Origin: Paraspadella gotoi
Taxonomy: Eukaryota > Animalia > Chaetognatha
Direction of reading: 5' to 3'
Assembly: GCA_051294375.1 (NCBI GenBank)
Contig: CM119268.1
Span: 21,449,048 to 21,513,047 of the forward strand
DNA: 64,000 nt
A program made the position numbers and the translations under genes. The notes beneath the pieces were generated by a model. It worked only from the letters and a program-made list of their open reading frames with translations. It ran no database searches and had not been told where the DNA came from. Positions 56,901 through 64,000 of the stretch are shown here, piece after piece (positions within the stretch are counted from its first letter, which is position 1; every line of letters begins with the position of its first letter).

Positions 56901-59900
56901 CTCTGCTCATAAACGGATAGCCTGATTTTTATAAAATTTATGCCAATCTCTTTCATCATGTTAAATTTACTTTGAATTTTTTTTTTTAAATCCAAGCATA
57001 TAGGGTGATTTTCAAAGTCTGATATAAAGTGGCGCGGTTTTTTTGCACATAGTGTAATATTAGCACATCTTCTAGTAACAGCAACGCTTGATACCGGCTC
57101 TCTATTACAGGATGATAGAATAGGTTTAAATGCGTCCATCGTAGGTCGGCTATCATTTCGCGCCCTTGTCATACTGACTGACCAGTAAGGCGTAGTGAAA
57201 GTTACGTACAAAAATTCTAAAGAGGTGCAATTCATGAACAACATAACCAGCAGTGAATCATTAATTTGTAATAAAAAATTAATTTTTATGTTTTTAATTT
57301 TTGAGTAGGCTATATTTATATATATGACTGTTATCCTTATAATATAATCGGAAAAATTTCAAAATAGGCTTTTCTTAAGTTTGATTGCACTTTGATTACC
57401 GTCGGAAAAGTTGATGGGAATAGAGAAATATAGAATTATTTTGTAAAAATTCTTGCATAAGAGTGGGTTAAAAATAAAAAATCTATATTTATATAGTAGG
57501 AAAGTTAAGACGCGATGTACATCTCGTAGAAAAAACATATGCCAGTTAATAGAAAAAAAAGTTTCATATTGGATTTTTGTCATTTTTTTGTCTGCATCCG
57601 AGGGGCTTTGCTCCCTGAATGTTAAGTGGGTATGAGGAAGATTTAATGCAGAAGATCTCTTAAGCTCTCAGAAGATAGCAGGTTTGAATACATAAGACTG
57701 GCGGAAGGAAGTGAAGGACTAAAAAGAAAGATTGGGTTTGAATTATTATAAAGCATGTGAGAGAAGACATATCTCTTAGAAGTAACCAATAGCGTGATGC
57801 TGTGGGTTGATGTCTTTGTCTGTGGGGTAAGTGTCGGATTGATCGGGAGATAGGAGAGATAGGAGAGCTGAGGTGGATGGAGTCGGGTGTAAGAGAGGTT
57901 GGGTGTCAGTGGCACGGAAGAGTATATAGGAGGTGTTGGGTGGGAGGTGAGGTTGTCGTTTAATTTAAAATTTTCCAAAACAAACCTTAATATATTTTGG
58001 TTTTTTCCTTTTCTTTTTTTATTCGATCTGCTTAATTAGAAGAATTCCGACTCTATTATATTCACTTTGTCGGTTCCGTCGGTCCCACCCCAAATCTTTT
58101 GGTCCGGTAAATTGATTTTAATCAATATCAGAACATTCAAATTATGATTAATTTGGGCAAAAAATTTATGTCTGTCAGTCCGCGATCCGTCCCCGCCTGA
58201 GCATTTGAAACTCCCAATTCCTATGATTGTAATAGGTGATGGATGGATTGATTTGATTGATTGACATTTAATTATTATCGCTGCATAAAGTAGTGGTAGG
58301 CCGACAAATTCAAATTTTAAAATGGGAACAGCAATTAAAACCTAATCCATTATTGGTATTAATTTTGTAAATTAACAATATTTTTTTTTTGCAAAAATGT
58401 TCTGAACCATGGAGTTTTAAAATTTTGCTAATTAATATTATTATATTGCTTATATGTCAAAAAATTTTTTTTTGGATTTTTAAGTTTTTTTTAAAATTGA
58501 TTCTGATTAGAGAGTTTAAAAAGTGTTAAGCAAAAAATATAATTAGCAACTTTAAATTTTGATGGTTTTATAAGTTACTTAAAATTAGTAAAAAAACTGT
58601 TAAAAATCATGCAGATGATGATAAATGAGATTTTTTAAAAGGTTTTTCCAGTTTTTGACCCATTTATCAAAATATTAAATTAAAAAGAGAATTTGATCTT
58701 TGTGTCAAGAGAACAACTTTTATAAAAGCCATATCTGAATTTGCTTTTTTAAAATAACAAAAATTTAAAAATAAAATTTTTGACATTTTCTATCTATATA
58801 AATATTAAAAAATTAATTTACTAATGCTTCTAGCCAATTTTTAGAAATTTTGGTCGCATGAAAGTTTTCTCAAAATGTATGAAGTTTCTAATATTGGAAG
58901 TGTCCCTGAAATCAAACTTCTGACCCAACCCCCATTGACAAAGTTTGGTTTTAGCATAAGCGCTTTATCATAACTCCGTGCTTTAAATAACTACTAACCC
59001 GGAGCTCGCAAATCATTTGTTACACGAATAGTAAAATTTAATCGCTTCATAACGCCTACCAAAAATTAATGAAAAATTTTAGTCGGATCTGCTTAGCAGA
59101 TTAACGATTAAATCTTGTCGGTATATAATCATTTTTATCACAAATCAGAAATCACATATATTACGCTAAATTTAAGAGGCATAAAAACGAAATATCCGTG
59201 ACCGTCTGTACTGTCGTCCCCGTCCCCCCTTAAGCAAAAACTCCAGATTACTCGTGATTGGATGAAGGATCCATTGGTAATGAAAATTTTGTGTGTTGGT
59301 TTAGGAAAGTGTATGAATTTCAAATGGATATAAAGTTTAGATGGAATCGTGCGAGTTTAAATTGAAAAAAAAAACCATAACGTGCAATTGATTTGAATTT
59401 TTATTATTTATTATGCTTATCATAATTAATTAATTAAGACAATTTTAAAAAATGATGCTAGTGGAAAAAATAATAATTAGTTTAAAAAAAATTTCTTTGT
59501 ACTTTTTTGTAATTATTTCTACCTATACAGCTATTTATTTGTTTATTTATTGTTGTATTTATTTTTTATATGTTTATTTATTTATTTAGCAGTGATTACC
59601 CGTTAATTATTGTGGGCAGATCCGAATTGTTTGGGCTCAATAACTTGTTTTTACATTTGATAGACAAAATTATTGACGTTTTTGAAAATGACAAATATAT
59701 TTATTAAAAATGGGTATAAAAATTGCTTAAAAATGCCTGCCCGAACTTTGTGGAACAATTTCATATCTTTTTTCATCGGTTTTTACAGTCAGTCTTTGCA
59801 AGACTTCTTTAGTGACAAATTACTTTAAAAAAAATCGAATTATGTGATAAGTTGGAACTTACAGAACAACTTGGGCATTACTGCCCTTCTGATTTACTTT

Positions 59901-60944
59901 AGTTCTTTTGTTCGAAAAAGTTTTCAGTTTGAAACAAACAACGATTTTATTTTTAGTAAAAACAGTGGTTTCGACTTGTTTTCAGACTTCAATGTCACTT
60001 TGAAAAATAACGCAATTTTCACTTTACAAGGAAATGTGTGAGAGGGAGAGAGGAGTTCTTTTGTTAAAAAAAAATTGATACAGTTGGTGTATTGTAAATT
60101 GGGTTTTAAATATTTTTTTGAAAACTACCCATGTTTTAAAAGGAAAACAAATTTCATACTGTTAGCCAACAGCTGCCTTGTTCATATATTCATGTTTAAC
60201 TTTTTGCAATTATGCTTCTAGTGCGGCAACGAATATCTGCATCTCAACAATACCTTTTAAGCCTCAATTTTTTGATGCTTTAAAAATGTTGTTCAGTCAA
60301 GCCTGCTTAAATTGTTGCCAACAGGCTGAGAATGAACTGCTCGTATAAACCACTGCCCTTCTGGTGGATCCTTGGATAGAGGTCAATAAGGCTGAAAATA
60401 TTTATAACTGTAATCTTGATATTGAATTAAAAGTTATTTCATTGGTGTTTTGGATTATTAAAAGATGGCGATGGAGCCATCTTTGACCATCTTTGCAAAA
60501 AATTAATAATTTTATTGTTAAAAAAAAAAAAATATATCATTAAATAAAAATTTTAAGCAGAAAAAGCGTACAAGCATTCCTTTCTAATAAAAAAAAAAAA
60601 AGGTTTTACCGTTTATTTCAATGCAGTAAACTGGCAATAATTTCTTTTGTGTCACCTGGATTTGGCTCAATGGGGTAACAACTTTGAATTCGATAAAAAT
60701 ATTTATAAATATTGATTTTTAGCAAATATGATAAAAAATGTAAATGTTCATACAAGTATTTTAATAATTTATTTTTTAAAATTTTTGATAATATTTGGTC
60801 AAAATAATAAAATATATAAATTTCAAATTGGTAAAATCCATTATCAAATTATCATAATGGCAGTCCTCTACAACGTTAAAAAATTTGTGCAAAAAAAGTT
60901 TTAATTCATAACTAAGATCTTTGAAAAGATTAAAAAATAGCGCT

Positions 60945-61960
60945 ACGTGCGGACAGTGTGATGATCCGGGTGTGAGGCATCTCCCGACAGTTGGGGGGCC
61001 TCATGGCCTTGGACCTGCAGTGACACCCCATGGATCTATGGACTGGTTTATGCTAGACATCCATCAACACTTAACCAACGTGACGTAAGGGGATTGAACC
61101 CGGAAACTCCGCGGTTGTTAAAACGAGTAACAGAAGGCTTTCATATTATAAAAATGTGGTACCCGACCTTTTTGTGACACACAAATCCCTGTTCCCACCA
61201 AACTACCCCAATCGAATTTAAAAAAAATGAATTTTAAACATTTAGAGTGCTAAATGACTATATAAATGGAACTATCGAGAGCGAATTTTGATAATTCAAC
61301 CCCTGACATAGAGCATAAGGGCCCTGGGGGTGGACCCCTGGGGGGTCCAAAAAATGATTCAATTTTTTTTTTTTATTTTCAAATTTTTTTTTAGTAGCAT
61401 TGACGTTTTAAACCATAAGAAAAAGCATTTTAGAACATAAAAATTGATTAAATTTGCAATAATTAGCATGGTTTGAACGAATGAAGATGCATGGTTTTAT
61501 TCGTTTTTTAACTTTCCATTTTTTTCCCAAATTATTTCAAGAATCTGCACTTTTTTAACTGCTGGATGTTCATCGAGCTAATAATTATGATAAATGATAT
61601 TTTATTTTGAGGTAATACAATGTTTTTGGTGGAAGAGTAAACGTCTGTCAACTGTTCAAGAAACAAAAAATTATTAAAAAATTTATAAATATTTTTGACC
61701 ATTTTTTGGCCCGCAACAGGGCCCCTTATCTCAGCTTTGGAAGTGGAAATGTAAAATTCGCCTCGATAGTTTCATTTGTATCACTACTGGTATTGTTTCC
61801 GCATGCAAAATTTCATTAAATTTCCTATTCCTTAGTTTTCCCTTCGGAACGATGGGTGTTCTGGTCAAAAAAAAGGGGTACCACATTTTATAATATGAAA
61901 CTTCGCTATTTTAGCTGTCCCAGGCCAGATGGGATGAGCTGGGAGTTTCAACCAAGCTTT
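60945..61960 (-). mobile_element. tRNA-derived SINE-like element split by a MITE insertion
   Basis: 61913-61960 (5' part) and 60945-61127 (3' part) together match 48873-49090. Confidence 0.65.
61128..61912. mobile_element. MITE (~780 bp) with long imperfect TIRs
   Basis: TTTCATATTATAAAAATGTGGTACCC vs GGGGTACCACATTTTATAATATGAAA; internal pair AACTATCGAGAGCGAATTTT / AAAATTCGCCTCGATAGTTT. Confidence 0.75.
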
Positions 61961-64000
61961 AACGGGAGGCGAATTTTAGGAATTCGCCGGCAATACTTAA
62001 AATGGGGTGTTTATTTCTTTTCTATGATTGGGAAACGATTGTTTATTTGTAAAAAAATAATAGATTTCTGGGTGGAATAGTTAAAAGCTATTCTGAGCTT
62101 CAAATATAATATTTAATAAAAATTATATATATTATCTTGTGAATTATGTAATGTTAACTGTTTGAAGAGTTCTTTTTAACAATATAGGTTTTTTGTTACC
62201 CATACAGATTTTAACTTATATATACCTCCTTATCTTATTGAATTGTTGCCTATAAAAAAGATTTGTTGGAATCTCCTCGTTACTCACCTCTTCGATTGCC
62301 ATAATTTAGTCTGAATTCACTATTGTTATTTATTTATTCAACAACCTTAGAGATTAGATCACTCCCAAGCAGGTGCGCAACAACGAATCTTTTTGCAATT
62401 GTGAACTGTGTGAAAGTAGTCGTTAATTAGAAAGTATTGTTGCGTGTTTAGTATTTTTATTTTATTCAAAAAGTAAGTGGTGCAACTTTCTTATTTATAT
62501 TCTACAGGTCCAGTTTTTTATACAATAACTGATTCTTTTGTTTGGACTTTTTATCTTACAAAACGTTTAAAGGGATGGTGAGGAAAAATTAAAACCATGA
62601 ACCTTTTTCTGATCCCGAAATTTGGTTCTATGCCCTTAATAACGAATGTCACAGCGTGCGTTTGGGAAAACCACCTAGACTCCCCTATCATGCTGCTAAA
62701 GTTGGCCGTCGGAAGTAAATCGGGAACCTGCTATTTGGGGGTTTTGTCCTTTTAATCGGCACTCATAAAGTTCCCTGGCTGAGTGGTTTTGAAAACGTTC
62801 CACGCGTCGTCGGTTGCCCATCATCGGTAAAAAATCATAGAAACTGCGAGAAGAAAATCGAAAGTTGTAAGGCTAGAAATAATTAACATTCTATTCACTA
62901 TTCAGTCATGTTGATTTTTTTTTTATTGAGACGACTTTGCGATTATTTTATTTAACTTTTGGTTTTCCTCTTATTTACGGGCCTTTTTCTATAAAAAATT
63001 GGCCGTAAACAATAGTGTATAAAGTTATCTCTTTATATTCAATAAGCGCTATCTTGAACTTACCCTGTAATTATTTTATTGTATTATAGGTGTAGCAATA
63101 GTATTGTAAAGTTACTATGATTGTATGAAGCGAGAACCCCAAAAGGGGGTCGCGAAATTTTTAATCAGACGAGAAAAATATTTCAGTTCAACAAACGATT
63201 TATTTTAAAGAGCACTCAAGAACAAAAAAAAAATATTTGAAATGATATGTTAAGTAGTACAAAAAAACATATTTGTTCATTATGTTTTTTCCCTCGGGAA
63301 CAGAATGTAAAATATACAATATATTTTGTTTGTAGTAATACCTTATAAAAAAATTGTAAATTTAAAAATTTTTTTTTTTAAACTTTTAATAAAGGATTCA
63401 GGATTCTTCTAAAAGGTTGAATCAAAAATATAAAAAACATGTTTATCAAAAATTCTGGGTCATCATTCAGGCGTTTGAAACTTTGAAAAAAGGGTAAAAA
63501 ATTCAATGCTTTTTTAATTTTAGTTATAAACACATTAATTTCTTTGTAAAAGTAGAAACTTATATATGTTAAAAAAAGTATTTAATTAATCCTTTTTTTT
63601 TTTGTAATTCTAAAAATCTTAAAACAGAAATATCATTATAAATATTTAATAAAAGTTCCTTATTTTTTTATTTTTAACGTAGGCGAAATCCAAGATCTGT
63701 TTTTTTAAAAATAAATAAATATTTTGAAATTTGACGATTTATAAGGATATTATTACATAAATAACTGAATTACTAAAAAATACTGTTACCTAAAAAAAAA
63801 TTTTAAAAGAATTTAAAAATTTCTTAATTACACTGTCCAAGAGGCATAAAAAATAATGTTCATATTTCACAGTCAAATTTTTCATCATCAGTCCGCACCC
63901 TCAATTATACATGTTTAGCTTTAATGAATTCTATTTTTCCTCTCCTCTCTCCTCCCTCCCCCTCGGTTCTCCTTCTCGTCCTAATTACCTAAACAAAGAA

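Overview
Intron-rich, AT-rich eukaryotic (most likely invertebrate animal) genomic DNA from a noisy, gapped assembly with N runs and homopolymer indels. The dominant feature is one large + strand gene (~20191-50966). By hand I spliced it into about 56 GT-AG exons, giving a predicted secreted protein of roughly 3,100 aa. Order of parts: signal peptide, Met/Lys/Pro repeats, His/Ser repeats, a Cys-rich region, 7 Kazal domains, 6 PLAT/LH2-like domains, a Thr-rich then Pro-rich mucin-like spacer, 6 more PLAT-like domains, and a short unassigned C-terminal domain. All 12 PLAT-like repeats carry the same Cys pair. The 5' part of this gene is mirrored in an ~8-9 kb inverted duplication (9588-17758 vs 18692-27756), which is either real or an assembly chimera. 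A TRIM-type mini LTR retrotransposon lies in the spacer between the arms. Other features: tandem duplications straddling four splice sites, a Penelope-like hairpin insertion with a truncated hammerhead motif, Helentron-like, hAT-like, MITE and SINE repeats, many microsatellites, and fragments of two other genes. Most ORFs in the supplied track are microsatellite or N-gap artefacts.
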